DNA of 64,000 nt from Eledone cirrhosa (lineage: Eukaryota). The number at the start of each line of letters is the position of its first letter. Positions within the stretch are counted from its first letter, which is position 1. Positions 1 through 14,235 of this stretch are shown one piece after another. Position numbers and translations under genes: made by a program. Below the pieces are notes generated by a model that was given only the letters and a program-made list of their open reading frames with translations, was not told where the DNA came from and searched no databases. The stretch is taken from assembly GCA_964016885.1 (NCBI GenBank), contig OZ024742.1, positions 73,594,001-73,658,000 of the forward strand. The letters run 5' to 3'.

Positions 1-1331
1 TCTCTGCTCCATCATCCCTTTGACACCCACCCACTACACATGACATCATACTTATCATCTTTTCTACCTGAGAGATCAATGACTCTGATCAATACTAGCT
101 TTGCCTGTGATGACCTGTCCAACTCTTGCTAGCAGAGAAAAGTGTTTATATTTATCTACAAACATTTGCTCATAATTTTATGTAAGAACCTTTAAAGTTA
201 TGTTTTAAAAATGATTCCAAAATTATTGTATCTTTCATTAAAAATATGGTAATGAAAGGGTTAAACAATGTTGGGGATTTATATGTATAACTAAAAAGAT
301 AGTTTAGTAATAACTAGATCTTATTGTTTTTTTTCCTGCAACAATGAAATCTCCCTTAGATGATCTGTTAACTTGGCTTCTTTCTTTCTTTCTTCCTTCA
401 CATCTGCTTTTCCTTGCCAGCATGGATTGGATGGGCTTTTTTGAAGCATTCTTATACAGTTGGGTACTCTTCCTGATGTTGACCTTTTTAATTTCCTCTT
501 TAATTTTTATAATTCACTCCTGTTTGCAGTCTTTAAGATAAACTAGCTTGCTCTATAAATATGGTTTCAGAAAATTGTATGAACACACATTCTATTTACA
601 TTAATTTGTACTCGGTAAGAGAAATGCTTGACAAATTCCTTATATTGTCTGAGTGGGACTGAATTATTTATTAACAGAAACCTTTAAAATTATTTCTCTT
701 ATATTTTTTGTATTCACCAACATTAATAATTTGCTGTTTAAATCTTGTTATTTCATCAAGATGGTCACATCTCTTTAAAGTTACATAAATGAACATTATA
801 TTAAAATATAATGTATTATAAATATAAAATAGTTTCACAAAATACTGAACTCCAAATTCCTGTGTGAAGTGGTATGGAAATAATGTTTTAGCCATATGTT
901 TAATGAACTGAAATCAATTTATTACGCCAATCAATTCATTTTTTATTGTCATTCTGTGTCTTATTTTAAACACTGGTTAATTTTTATTGTTTCATTAGAA
1001 ATCGTTTGGTTTCAAATAATCAGTTTTCAAGAGAATTTAATAGACATTGTATGGAAGTTTTGGTTTAAAATTCCACTTCATGCATGTTGATCTTGACTAT
1101 TTTAGTGAAGCTAATTTACTCGTGTTTTTTTTGGTTATATTGTTTCAACAATCTTTTATGAATGGACATAACACAGAAGCCATGCTTCACAATGTGTTGT
1201 TTAAAAATAATAATTTGTGATTAATAGTAATTGTCATTGTAGGAATAAATGTTTGTTAACATCAGTCAGAAATAAAGATTATAAAACAGTTAGTTTATAT
1301 TCCATGAATGTTTCATATCGATATGTTTATC

Positions 1332-1520
1332 AATTAATTGTTTCTACTTTTTGGCACAAGGCTAGCAATAACCCAGTGCATTACTGGTACTTTATTTTAT
1401 CGACCCCGTAAGGATGGAAGGCAAAGTCAACCTCAGCGGGATTTGAACTCAGATCGTTAAGGGACGTAACTATGCTGGAAAGCATGGCATCCGACCCTCT
1501 ACCGATACTGCCAATCCACC
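1332..1520 (-). mobile_element. tRNA-derived SINE, family A (full length)
   Basis: A-box-like ggtggattggcagtatcggtagag, B-box gagttcaaatccc, body gccgaggttaactttgcctttcatccttacggggtcgataaaataaagtaccag, tail gaaacaattatt. More than 12 copies in the window. Confidence 0.85.
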
Positions 1521-2450
1521 AGACAAGTAGTATATAATAGTTAGATATAGATATGTAGCATATGGTGTCTCACTGGCTGAGGTACATTGTTTTCCACACT
1601 TCTGACAGGAAGAAATACCAAAGAGATCATAATCGGCAACATTTTATACACAGCTTCTAGGATGACTTCTAAGACCAGTTTTGCTGAGGCAAATTTAGCC
1701 ACACTCACTGCACATAAAGTCATTTTGAGCATCTGAAAATCTAGGTAAAGTAATATTATGTAGACCCTTACACAGACCCTGTTTTCATGACACAGCAAAA
1801 GCACCCAGACAACACTGTAAAGTGGTCATTTTGGGGCCATGACAAGAAGTGCCCAGTTCATATTGTAAAGTGGTCATGTTAGTATCATGACAAAAAGTGC
1901 ACAGTCCACACTGTGAATTGGTCTTTTTGGTGCTACAATAAAAAGCACCCGGCCCACACAGTAAATGTGGTTGGTGTTAGGAAGGGCACTCAGCCGTAGA
2001 AACCAAGCCAGAAACGGTTCTGTATGAGCAGGATATGGTCATCTGATCTGACTTGTCTTACAACAGGACAACTCATCTAACTCATGTTAGCATGGAAAAT
2101 GGACATTAAAGGATAATGACACACATGCACACACACACAACTAACATCATTTTCATGCCTGTTTTTCAAGGCTTACACAAGATAGATGGGTCTTCTAAAA
2201 CATAGCATTCATCCACATGTTCGTTGCATTTGTCAGTTTCAGCATCTTGATATCCTCTCTCATCACCTCAGCCTAATTCTTCCGCTGTCTCAATGTCTTC
2301 TACTTGGAACCCTTGCCACTTTTCCACCCAACTATCATCATCTATATGCATTGTGTGTCTATACCAGTGCAATCGTCTGTCTTGCATACTGCATCAAATT
2401 CTTCTTATACTTGGTTTTTCTCTCCATTCATCTGGGCTTATATCTGTATA

Positions 2451-2920
2451 TGAAGTGTGTTCAATAAGTAATGAGAAAATTTGAGGAAAAGCATTAAATA
2501 TCATTCAATTCAAATGCTACTTCATGGCAAAGTGGTCTTACATATAATGTGACTAACTAGAAACTTCCAGTGTACATGGTAGGATCAGTGTGATCCAATT
2601 CATCGATCTGTCAACACATGGTAAGATGCAGGGGAACATGGAGCAACGTAGCACCATCAAATTTTGTGTTAAACTTAAGAAAACCAAAAAAGAGCCTATG
2701 GAATGTTAGAAGATGCCACAAAAAAACAGATTTGAGTCAATACAGGAGCTGACGGGACCATAGAAGGCCTGGGAGGAGGTCTTCCATGTGCGGGAAAGAT
2801 GTCTGCGTAAGTGTGTAGATGTGAGAGGTCATTATTTTGAAGGAGATAAAGTTTTGTGAACTTGTGAAAATATATAATGCCTCTCCTGAAATTTTCTCAT
2901 TACTTTTTGAACATTATGTG
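2451..2920 (+). mobile_element. Internally deleted mariner (Tc1/mariner) element
   Basis: TIR-like ends gtgttcaataagtaatgagaaaatt / aattttctcattactttttgaacat, with TA at the left end. Remnants MEQRSTIKFCVKLKK (N-terminal HTH) and RKCVDVRGHYFEGDK (mariner C-terminus). Confidence 0.8.
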
Positions 2921-3100
2921 TGTGTGTGCGCACGCACATGTGTTATAGTTCTAAAGAAATGTCTAGTCTGCCACTTCCCTGCTATAAATGTCTATATAAT
3001 GTGATGTATAGTCCTAAAGATGGGAAAGAGATTTCACTGTTCATACTGAACAACAGACTATGTACCTCATGTAATAAATATCACCTGGTCATAATTCTAT

Positions 3101-3232
3101 ATAATTGTTTCTACTTTTGGCACAAGGCCAGCAATCATCCAGTGCATTACTGGTACTTTATTTTATCGACCCCGTAAGGATGAAAGACAAAGTTAACCTT
3201 GGCGGGATTTAAACTCAGAATGGCAAGGGCCG
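3101..3232 (-). mobile_element. SINE family A, 5'-truncated
   Basis: Same body and tail as 1332-1520. Confidence 0.8.
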
Positions 3233-5204
3233 GATTCTTAGTTTAGCTAGGTTTTGAATGAAGCTGAATGCAATGTTGAGGCTGACAGTTATGGTGACAT
3301 GAGCTGGACAGGTTCACATGTCATTGTCCATTTCAATCTTTTGTCAGCACTCTGTCTACATTGTAATGTGGTCGTGTAGGTGTCATAACAAAAAGCACCC
3401 AGTACACACTGTAAATGTGGTTGGCATTAGGAAGGACATCAAGCCGTAGCAACTAAGCCTGTTGTGAGACAGCCAGGTCAGAGGAGCATGTTTTGGTTCT
3501 TTGATACAAGACTTTATTTTAACATAATTTATATTTATCTAAAACCCTTCCATCATAATTTCATGTAAGAACCTTTCTGATGTTCCAAACACTAATTTAA
3601 TAGTGAAAAAGTTAATATACTAAATCCCTCCAAATTCTTGATTATTTTCAAAATGATTTGAAAATATTGTAACAAAAAATTATTTGTAAGTTGTCACAAA
3701 TTAATGTCATTTTATTAATCTTAGCTAATTATTAAAATCTGTCATTAATTATAATTAGTTGATAATATCTGAGCTGCTATTTAATCAGAAAGTAAAATGT
3801 AACACTTTGTGTGTGCGCACAAAAATTTATTAAGATGTTTGTAAAATTTGGGAGATGGGAGCTCTGATTTTTTTTAAGCTAAGCCCTTCATCAGGGTAGC
3901 CTATTTCTCTCTCTGATGTTTGAAACATTTTTATTCTCGCCTCTGCAAGGCATATGATCTTATTGAAATATATGAAGTTCACTAAATAATTTTAATTGAT
4001 GCAGACCACCACTAGTTTTTCTTAGGATAGCAAAAAATTAATTGAAGAAAGCCAATAGATATAAGAATGAAGAATGGTGATCGTGAAATAAGGGTTGGAT
4101 GGGAGTGGAGTGGGCAGTAATTTATTGTTTGGTTCGTCCAACTAAGAGCTCCCACTCTCCTCTCATCAATTAACACCAGTTTGTTATAAAAACATGCTGC
4201 AACTCTTGTGATGGGAGCCTATAACTCTTGGGCTTATTTTACCTGATTGCAAAGTAAATATTTGTTGTGTTAGTGAGATAATACCAAGTTCCTTTTAAAA
4301 TATATATAGAATCTTTAGATGAACTTAACTACTTCTTAAATCTACTCATGCATGAGTCAATGTTCATGTGTAGGTCTTTCTTGTAATATAGAATAAATGG
4401 ATATGGCTAATGCTTAGTGTTTGAGTTGTAACTGCAGTTGTGGGGTTCCTTAATGTGCCTGTATGTGTGAAGTGGCACCCAGGAGTAAGACAGGTTGAAA
4501 GTTGTGAGTAGGTAGGTATGCAGGTTTTGTTTCAGGTAAAGTGGTGCATTTTCAAAGAGGTCAATGTAACATAGACACACTGGTGTCTGCAGGTCATGGT
4601 TGTTTATATATCATACAACAAATATTAATGAAAGTAAACAATTAGGTTTCATTGATTGAAGGATGTGTATGTACTTGTATACAAGTGTTTCTATGTGTAA
4701 TTATGTATGTGTTTCTTCCTACATATCTATCTCTGTATATGTGCATAATCCTCCTCGACATCATCACCGTTTATCTATTTTTCCATGCTGAGTTTTTACG
4801 GTTGCTGGATGCCCTTCCTAACATCAATCATGTTTATATCCATGTCTCTATTTACTTATTTACATAATCTATTACATACAGGACCCTTTACATGGTCGTT
4901 TAACTAGAAATAGCAGCCAAATAGCCCACTAATTATATCAACCCTTCTATTAAAAAAATATACATTAAATAGTATGGTCTAGATATCTTATGCTGAAAAA
5001 TCGGGGTTGTCATGGTTGGAGTGCTTTAGATCATAGATCTGCCTAATCATACTGATCTGGTACTGGGCAATGAATGGACCTCTTCATGGCTGTTCCAGCC
5101 TCTAGAAAGAACAGATTAAAGAATGTAGACTTAGACAAATACCTTTGTTTATAGTTGACTCCTGCTAGATAACAGTAACAAGAACAACAAACGCCAATAA
5201 TACA

Positions 5205-5239
<35 letters not shown>

Positions 5240-5375
5240 AGTATAGATATAACAGGCTGTTGTGTTTGTTCATGCACACACACAAATTTATGTGTGTGTA
5301 GAAAACTGCCAGTAGTGAGTGATTGTAAAGTTGTCTTAATAAAGCAACTATCAAATAAGGGGTTAGTCTTCTTTT

Positions 5376-5582
5376 TTAACCCTTTAGCATTTAAACTGGC
5401 CGCATCTGGCCAGTTTAGAATTCTCTCACCTTTTTCTCCTCAAACTGGCTGTAACTGGCCACTCATACTAATGTTAAGGTATTGTTCTGAAAATAAATAA
5501 TAATTCAATATTATGTGAGATAAAGCCTTTACCATGAAAATATAATAGTAAATATAGAGTAATGAAAATGGTAAAGGGTTAA
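5376..5582. mobile_element. piggyBac-like MITE (TTAA target site, CCCTTTAGCATT TIR)
   Basis: ttaa|ccctttagcattt ... aaatggtaaaggg|ttaa. Seven related copies of about 200-230 bp in the window. Confidence 0.8.
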
Positions 5583-6306
5583 GGAGCTAGCTAAAAGTGA
5601 ACCTGTTTTTCAACTGTCAATTGTGGCAGGCACCATTGCCAACAATACCAGAGTGTGGGATATTGGACTGTTATATTTACAACTTAGAAGAGTTGTAGAA
5701 GATATTTAACTAACATTGTTATTGATTGTCTTTTGGGATTATATCATGAATTAACTCATTCATTATTGTTTTTCTAATGAATTAATTTTGAAAATAACCA
5801 AATATTCCAAGGAATTGAATAAAAACGCTTTCATTAATAGACTGATATTTAGAACATTACTTCACAAAAATTTCTAAAATAAAATTATGATGGAAGGTTT
5901 TAATATGAGAATAAGCATTTTAAAATTAGGAGTTTTGTATCATAAACCTATGGCAGTTTCAGGCTGTTTGGTATCAAAAGGATTAAGGGTGGTGTTATAT
6001 ACTATTAATCTATGACTTTGTCAGAGGTGGGGATCTCAGATTAAGATGTATTACTTGAATGTCGCAGATTATGTTAGGATTTGGACATGTCACACAAATC
6101 AAATGTTAAAATGACATGTAGATTCTACAGATTAGAGTTTATTAATTTTGGATGTCACAGATGAAGATATGTCTTGGAGGTGTCAAGGATTAAGGATTGA
6201 TCTGGATGTATTGTAGTATTATGGTTAAATTTCTTGTGGATGTAATGAAAAAGGCTGGGCTTTTCTTTGATGAAAGATTTCTGGAAATTGATAATAATGA
6301 TGATTT

Positions 6307-6945
6307 ATAATAATAATATAATTGTTTCTAGTTTTGGCACAAGGCCAGCAATTACCCAGTGTATTACTGGTACTTTATTTTATCAACCCCATAAGGATGA
6401 AAGGCAAAGTTAACCTCGGCGGGATTTGAACTCAGAATGGCAAGGGCCGTAACTCTATACGTCAAAGCATGGCGTCTGACCCTCTACCGTTACTGCCAAT
6501 CCACCGCCCTTTATATTTATATATTTATAATAATAATATAATAATGTAATTTAGGCACAAGGGTAGCAATTTTAGAGGGAAGGGAAAGTTGATTATATCA
6601 ATCCCCAATACTTGATTAGTATTTTATTTTATTGTTCCCGAAAGGGTGAAAGGTAAAGTTGACTTCTGCAGGATTTGAACTCGGAATGTAAATGACAAAG
6701 CATTTTGTCCAATGCTCTAACATTTCTGTCAATCCTATGATAATTCTTTCTAAATATTGGCACAAGGCCAGTAATTTGGGGAAAGAAGGAAGTTGATAAT
6801 ATTGGTCCTCAGTACTTAAATTTTATTGAACCCGAAGGATGAAAGACAAAGTTGACTTTGGTGGGATTTGAACTCAGAATGTAGAAAGATGGAACTAAAT
6901 GCTGCAAAGAACTTTTGTCTGATCACTTAAACAATCGCCAATCAT
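6307..6945 (-). mobile_element. Cluster of three family A or related SINEs (one young, two diverged)
   Basis: Three successive ggcacaagg..aaagttgac..gatttgaactc units at about 6320, 6550 and 6760. Confidence 0.8.
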
Positions 6946-7480
6946 CATCATCATCATCATCATTTTACGTCTGCTCTTCCCTGCTTGCAAGGGTAGGATG
7001 GCTCTTATTCAGCACAGCATCTCTCCACTTGTCATGGTCCTTCGTCATCTCCACCGTGAACTTCAACGATCTGCGGTCTGTTCTCACCACCCCCGCCCTT
7101 GTTTTTCGTGGTCTACCTCTACCACGTCTTCCTTCAAATGGCATTTCCTGGCACTTCTTCACCCATCGGTCATCCTCCATGTGCATCACATGTCCATACC
7201 ATCGCAGTCTCCTCTCAGGCACAGTTTCTCTCTCAACACATTTATGCTGGGTCGTTCACGCACATTGACACTGCACATCCAACGGAGCATGCTTGCCTCA
7301 TTTCTCTTCAGCCGTCGCACATCCTCTGCAGTTGCTGCCCATGTCTCACTACTATCACACAGGCATCATATAACCGACCTTTCGTACGCAGGGAGAAACC
7401 CTTTGTCAGCAGAGGAAGCAGCTTCCTAAACTTCTTCCAACCCGTCCTTATTCTAGATACTATGGCCTCGGAACTACTAA
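6941..7480 (-). mobile_element. RTE-clade LINE 3' fragment with (GAT)n tail
   Basis: SRIRTGWKKFRKLLPLL..KGRLYDACV and RRLRWYGHVMHMEDDRWVKK..EGRRGRGRPRKT are typical of the RTE ORF C-terminus. The tail reads gacgtaaaatgatgatgat. Confidence 0.88.
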
Positions 7481-7503
7481 TAAAAATAATAATTGACCTC
7501 ACC

Positions 7504-7790
7504 AATAATAATAATAATAATTGTTTCTACTTTAGGCACAAGGCCAGCAATTTTGGGGGAGGAGAAAGTCGATTAAATCGACCCCAATAATAATAATTGT
7601 TTCTACTTTTGGCACAAGGCCACCAATTATCCCAGTGCGCTACTGGTACTTTATTTTATCGACCCCCGTAAGGATGAAAGGCAAAGTTAACCCTGGCAAG
7701 ATTTGAACTCAGACCATAAAGGGCTGTAACTCTATGCTGCAAAGCATGGCGTCTGACTCTCTATCGATGCTGTCAATCCACGACCCCAGT
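7504..7790 (-). mobile_element. SINE family A nested in or adjacent to a related SINE tail
   Basis: Full copy at about 7586-7782, with gacccca present on both sides, next to a partial related 3' end at 7504-7585. Confidence 0.78.
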
Positions 7791-8414
7791 AATAATAATA
7801 ACAATGATTTCTTTTAATAATGCTAATAGCTAATGTATTAGTACTTTATAAAACATCTCATGAGCTTTTAACAATGTCTAGTTTCCTAACTATATTAAGT
7901 CTTCATATAGAAATTATATATTTGAAATTTTGAATTCATACTTTTAACTTATTTTGTCAAGCCTTTTAAAGACAATTTAAAAAAATTTTTTTTCTTATCT
8001 TTTTAATTTTGAAAATTTGAATTATATTTACTATTTTTCTTGACTTTTCTATATAGACTCAGACAGTAGTAATGATGTAAATGCTATAATTTGAGGTATA
8101 TAGTAAGAAAGTTAATTACTTAGTACTGTTGTTTTTAATACTGTCAACACACCAAAGAACTGTGCTTTAACTCTCACCTTTCTTTCACACTCACCCTCTC
8201 CTCTCGCTTTTTCTCCAGCACTCACTTCTCTCACTCATTCCTCTTTCTCCTCTCTCCTCTCACTCTCTCTCACTCATTACCATTCTCACTCACATTCACT
8301 TCTCTCACTCATTCCTCTTTCTTTCTCTATCTCCTCTCTCTGTCTCAACTGAAGTACACTAGAGCTATAAAATAATCCAGTGGCATACAAGGTTGTATGG
8401 TATTGACCTGATAA

Positions 8415-8830
8415 TGGTGGTGGTAGAGGTGATCATGCTAACAGGTGGTGATGGTGGTGGCCGTAGTAGTGGTGAGACTCATAGCTGCTATAGTGACAAA
8501 CATTTGTAGTGATAGTAGTCAGGGTAGCAGTTGTATGGTGTTAGTATTAGATATATAATGGAAGATGTGGTAGATGTAGCAATAGTGATAGTAGTAGTAG
8601 AAATTGTAGTGGTAGAGATAGCCATAAAGGTGGTAGTAGTAGTAGTAGTTACTGTGGTGGTGGTAGTGGTACTGATGACAGAAGTTGTTGTGCTGGTGGT
8701 AACAGTGGTACTGATGACAGTAGTAATAGTAGTTGTGGTAGTGGTAGTGGTACTGATGACAGTAGTGTTGGTGGTGGTGTCAGTAGTTGTCATAGTAGTA
8801 TAAGTAATGGCAGTTGTGGCAGCAATAGTA
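8415..8830. repeat. Degenerate (GTA/GTG)n trinucleotide low-complexity tract
   Basis: Explains the spurious poly-Thr and poly-Val ORFs. Confidence 0.85.
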
Positions 8831-11017
8831 AGTGTGCCAACTAGAAAGTTGGTTTGCCTGGCTGTCTGGCTGGCTGTTGGTATGTTTGAAGTAGCTGCTG
8901 TGTACAGCATAGGTAGGCCTCACTACACACTTACATACACTACTCACACAGATGCAGGCAGGGGACTCAGCTGCTTGTTATTATTGATCTGCTTTTCTTA
9001 TTGATTTCTATCAAGCATTGCTACATGAAGAATCAAGAGTTGTGTCTACCTGTCTAGATATTCATTCTGTTGGGAACATTTCACCTCATGTCCCTACCTA
9101 AATACTATTTTTACCACATTACATGTCCTCACTTCACACCAGCAAACTAAATACATATCTTTCTTTGAAATTATCATCTCAAATATTCATCTTTTCCTAA
9201 ATAACATACGCACCAGTAAAGAAATATGAGTGGTTGTTTCAAGAATTTGGTCTGATAAACAAGCAGAATTTCAGTTGATCAGTATTTTACTAATGGTTCA
9301 AATGTACCCCCCCCCCCATAATTTAATATAGAAATAAAATACATTTTCCACAGATCATCTAGTAAATGTAACAGCCTCTCTTGCATGCTTGAATTATTGG
9401 TGCAGGTCAAAGACTAAAAACGCCAATGTAATGAAATATAATAATTATATGAATAATTATATACAGAAAAACTGATTACAATAAAGAAAATATCCTCTTC
9501 AATAGGTAAAACCTGAATTTTAGAGATGCTCCAGGCTTAGTAATATTTTAAAAGAAATGAAAAGCATTTATATTTCTCTTTACGAACCATGTTTTTCTGT
9601 GGCTATGTAGACATGTTATTAAGAATGTTAGTGTGTGTGTAATGCTGAATGCTGTGTGTGTGTGTAATGCTGAATGTTGTGTGCATGTGTGATGCTGAAT
9701 GCTGTGTGAGTGATGCTGAATGGTATGTGTGTATGTATGATGCTGAATGTGTGTGTATGTGTGAGTGAGTGATGCTAAATGTTGTGTATATGTGCCAAAA
9801 TTCTAGTGGTTCTTATCCCGTCACCAACTCTGCATTTTCTGTTCAAGATACATTACCTCTATCAGTCCAGTAAATAGTTACTGCATACCAAGTGTAACTC
9901 ATCACTGTAAGTAGATAGCACTCTAAAATTGCTGTTTGGTTAGGCTGCATTGCCAAGTTTATTTTCTCCTGTGTGTAATAGTTTGAGCAGGAATAATTTT
10001 TATTGAAGTCAATTTTCTCCACCCCATAATGCTGACATGGGGTGGGCTAAATTTACTCCTAAAATAAATTTACTGATTCTGGATTTGTACATATTTTACA
10101 TTATTCTATTATAATTAAAAACATTCTGAAGTTGAGAAGAAAATTTGAAGTAGGCCTATTTTTACCATAATCATCATAGTCATCATCATCATCATTATCT
10201 AATGTCTGTTTTCCTTGTTAGCAAAGGTTTGATGAGTCATCACAGACTGTCAGTACTACTGACATAGCTACTGACTGACCTGTCAGATGGGACAGGGGCC
10301 TGCTTCTCATATGTTTCCCCTCTCAACAGAGTGCAATGGGTGCATTTTATTGTTTATTAAAATATTAATTTGTTTTCTCTTTACCATTTTAGACATAATA
10401 AATCTGTATTTTATACTTTTTAGTAAGTGAATTAACATGGGATAATATACTTTATAATGTTATATACACATATATATACACCAAGTCATAACACAAAAAA
10501 CCAAACCCCTACACTGTATTTTGTTTTTATTTGAACCAAATATATTACAAACTTGGACATATCTAAACTGGTCTATCTAATTTCATCACTAACTGCATGT
10601 GTTAAGAACGTTTTTTTTTTGTTTTTATTTGATAATTTGAAATGTAAGGGATATTTTAAAAAAACATCTTTAGTTCCTTTCTGTCAACAGAGACACAAGC
10701 CTTGTGAGTTGGTTGTATAGTCAGTTTGTGTTTACTTTTCACAGTAAGGTTTATTGTTAAAATGGTAAACTGGGATAGATTCCTGTTACATTACAAATTA
10801 TCATATATAAAAAGATATTGGTGTGTAATTCACTAATTAGTGTGTGCGTGTGTGTCTTTCCATGTATGTCATGTTGACTGCTGGGGGGGGGGGGGGGCAT
10901 TTGTACGGCCTAGTGATTAAAAAAAAATGGAGGATCAAGGAAATAAAGGACCATACTTAAAACTAAATTTAGTGTTGGCACCAGGAAGGGTGATAACTAG
11001 CAAAGCAGTTGTAGAAA

Positions 11018-11368
11018 TATAATAATTGTTTCTACTTTTGTCACAAGGCCGGCAATTATCCTAGTGTATTACTGGTACTTTATTTTATTGGACCTCGTAA
11101 GGATGAAAAGCAAAGTTAACCTCAGCGGGATTTGAACTCAGATCATAAAGGGAGGTAACTCTATGCTTCAAAGCATGGCGTCCGACCTTCTACCGATACT
11201 GCCAATCCACCGAAATATAATAATTGTTTCTACTTTTGGCACAAGGCCAGCAATTATCCCAGTGTATTACTGGTACTTTATTTTATCAATCCCGTAAGGA
11301 TGAAAGGCAAAGTTAACCTCGGCGGGATTTGAACTCAGACCATAAAGGGCCGTAACTCTTTGCTGCAA
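11018..11368 (-). mobile_element. Two head-to-tail family A SINEs
   Basis: Full copy 11018-11212 and 5'-truncated copy 11217-11368. aaatataataat occurs at each junction. Confidence 0.85.
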
Positions 11369-12032
11369 ATATAATAATGATAATTATATATACATACACA
11401 CATCTGTGTTTCTGTATACCATTTGATAAACAGAGAGGGATTAAATAAGTGCCAGGTTGCAATAAGACTTGAGCTTGATATGATCAACAGAAATGCCTGA
11501 TGTTGGTGCCCTACTATGCTGTAGTCCAAAGACTGAAACTAGTAAAAGTAAAATAATATATATATATATATTTATCATCATCATCATTTTACATCCATTT
11601 GTCTATACTTGCATAGGTTGGAGAAGTCTTGCTCAGTACAGTGTTCATCATTTGCTGTGGTCCCTTTTCATCTGTGTGAGGTTTAGTTTCCTGAGATTGA
11701 CTCTCTTCTACTTCCTATGTCTTCCATTTGGATTGCTTGCTACTTATTTATTCAACTGTCACTTTTTAATATTCACCAAATGTTCATACCAGTTCAGTCT
11801 TTACTCTGAGACAGTGTTTGATTCCACTTATACCCAGATTTTCCCACAATTTATCCCTGCTTTACATTAATGCAGACTAACAATATGCACCATACAGAGT
11901 ATGCTTGCTCCATTCCATTCCATCTTCCACATTCACTGCTCATGTTTTGCTAAAACTATCTCTACCATGCCTTTACTCTGGCTGAAATAACCCCCCCCCC
12001 CCCCAAAAAAAAACCTCTGTTAATTAGGTTAC

Positions 12033-12370
12033 TTTCATTTTCATTTTACGTCTGCCTTTTCCCTGCTTGCAAGAGTCGGACGGGAACTGATTTTGGCTTG
12101 GTTTCTACAGCTGGATGCCCTTCCTAAACACCAACCTCATTTACAGTGAGTGCTGGGCGCTTTTTTTGCCGTGGCACCTCCACGACCACGTTGCAGTGGA
12201 ATGATAGGGACCCCAATCCCTATCATCTCATTTCTACAGCTGAGTAAACTGGAGCAATGTGAAATAAAGTGTCTTACTCAAGGAAACAACACATCACCCG
12301 GTCCGAGAATTGAACTCACAACCTTTCGATTGCAAGGCCAATGCTCTAACCACTAAGCCATGTGCCTCCA
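12033..12370 (-). mobile_element. tRNA-derived SINE family B with RTE-type tail
   Basis: Head tggaggcacatggcttagtggttagagc..gagttcaattc, middle ccttgag.aagacactttatttcacattgctccag, tail cttgcaagcaggg..gacgtaaaatgaaa. Confidence 0.85.
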
Positions 12371-12748
12371 TATTACTTATGTAACAGAAAATATCAACTA
12401 GTTCTAGAGAGCTCTCTGAATATAACAGAAGCTATCAACTAGTTCAAGGGAATTCTCTGAGCATCTGCTATATACTAAGTCCTTCATGGTCAGTATGTCA
12501 GTAATCCCACAGCACCTTGTGCACTCATAATTTATATTGAGTATACTATGTAGGATTCTGACTTATTTCTAAATTGAATATTGAGGATAGCCACTTCAAA
12601 GATGGCAGTGGTCTTGTCTTTCCTGTTAACTTTTGTTTTTCTTAAGTTTACTTCAGGCCCTCTTGACTCTGTGCTTGGCTTCCACATTTTGAATTATTTA
12701 AATCTTTGACAGAGATTCATTTATAAAAAGTGTGTCATTAGCAGACAA

Positions 12749-12941
12749 CCAGTCTTAAACTCTTCTGTTGGAGAATTATTATAATAAAGAGGAGTGGGTG
12801 ACTGAGAACTGAGCAGTGGTGGATGCCCAATTGCATGTTAAATTCAGCCAGTCTTAAACTCTTCTGTTGGAGAATTATAATAGAGGGGAGTGGGTGGCTG
12901 AAAACTGAGCCATAGTGGATGCCCAATTATATGTTAAATTT
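12749..12941. repeat. Local tandem duplication of about 99 bp (two copies)
   Basis: ccagtcttaaactcttctgttggagaattat...gtggatgcccaatt..atgttaaatt occurs twice. Confidence 0.85.
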
Positions 12942-13904
12942 CTTCTGAATTTGTTGCTAACTTGTTCACAGCATCTCTGAAAATGACTTGCATGCTCCTC
13001 ATAAGCCATTCACCTACAACTAGTTTTCTTAGTGAGACCATGAGTACATAAAGCATCAAAAGCCTTCTCCAGATCTCATTTGGAAAAGTACATCAGTGAT
13101 ATCCTGGTTATGACATAAAACTGAACTGCATCTCATCTTAGCTAATCTAATTTTCTTCTTGATTAACCATACTGACTTTTTCTGTTACTTTCATAACTTG
13201 GTCCATCATGCCTCTAGAGCATATTTTACCATTGTAATAGCAGCAGGTTATATACTACTACACCATCTTGGGAATAGCCCTTTTCCTGACTACTTGTTGA
13301 CTTCAACCACTGGATATTTTTAGCATCACAGTAACTTCCTCTTCCTGAAGGTCTGACTGCTTTCGCTGCCTTCCTCTTATTCCATTTCAACACTCAATAC
13401 TATTATAACTGTCTCTCTATATTGGATTTACTTAGGTTGGTTTGTTTCTCTTCCCCAATGAATTTTCTTTATCCATCAACCTTTTGTAATAACATTTCCA
13501 TGCCTGTTTCTTCTGGGCATTACTAAGGCTGAATATATCACTATCATTTTCATTTAGTGTCTTCATGTATCTCCTGGATCTTATTAAGGTTAAGTGTATT
13601 ACTATCATGTTTACTCAGTGTTCTCATTATACTGACACTCACTGCTTTGTAATTTGAAACACTTCACATTTCATGTTACAGAAAATTCGCAAATCTCTTC
13701 AATTTATATTCTCACCTTGCTCAGTACATCTGACATTTAACTTCTGTTGTGCCAGCTGATATTGTTCCTTGCTCTTCCAATGTCATCCATTCTTTTTAGG
13801 TTCAGCTTTAAGTTTTTATGTCTCTGTTTATGTAATCTTTCATCTTGCTAAAACTTAGCTACATTCACAGGTTTGTTCTAAGGTTTGCAGCATTTTGTTT
13901 CATA

Positions 13905-14235
13905 GAAACGGCTGGTGTATCTGCACCAGCTCCTGCAATTTTTGCACTTATTCCAGCCCCCTGCCCTCCATCACTTGTGAACACAGCCCTGAAATACTTG
14001 AACATCTCTACCTGTTTCAGTGGAACTCTACACACATGTAGAGAGCACAGCACAGGATCCTTTGAGTGTCTCAGTCTTCACAGCACTGATTTTCATTCCT
14101 ACCATGTGGCACTTGGCAGCAAACCTATTAAGTGCATGTCAGAAATCACCTTTTGATAAGTTAAGTGGTGCCATGTTGCCTGCAAATTCCAGGCAACTGA
14201 TCCTACATCCTCCAGTCTTGTTCTGCTCGGTAGTT
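13905..14235 (-). mobile_element. RTE LINE RT fragment, related to the 43895 copy
   Basis: LKQVEMFKYFRAVFTSDGGQGAGISAKIA. Clear nucleotide similarity to 43900-44200 (e.g. catcacttgtgaacacagccc). Confidence 0.78.

Noticed and set aside
3860-4620. Minus-strand CTGATGAAG near 3890 and a VGRTKQ-like remnant near 4130, suggesting another PLE or hammerhead
   Set aside because: No GAAA or stem II could be completed and the coding similarity is too degraded to support.
8488-8910. Mucin-like Thr-rich ORF and poly-Val ORF
   Set aside because: Degenerate GTA/GTG trinucleotide tract with no splice or homology support.
12150-12356. Near-identical ORFs recurring at 12150, 19671 and 30531, suggesting a small gene family
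   Set aside because: They are antisense translations of SINE family B copies.
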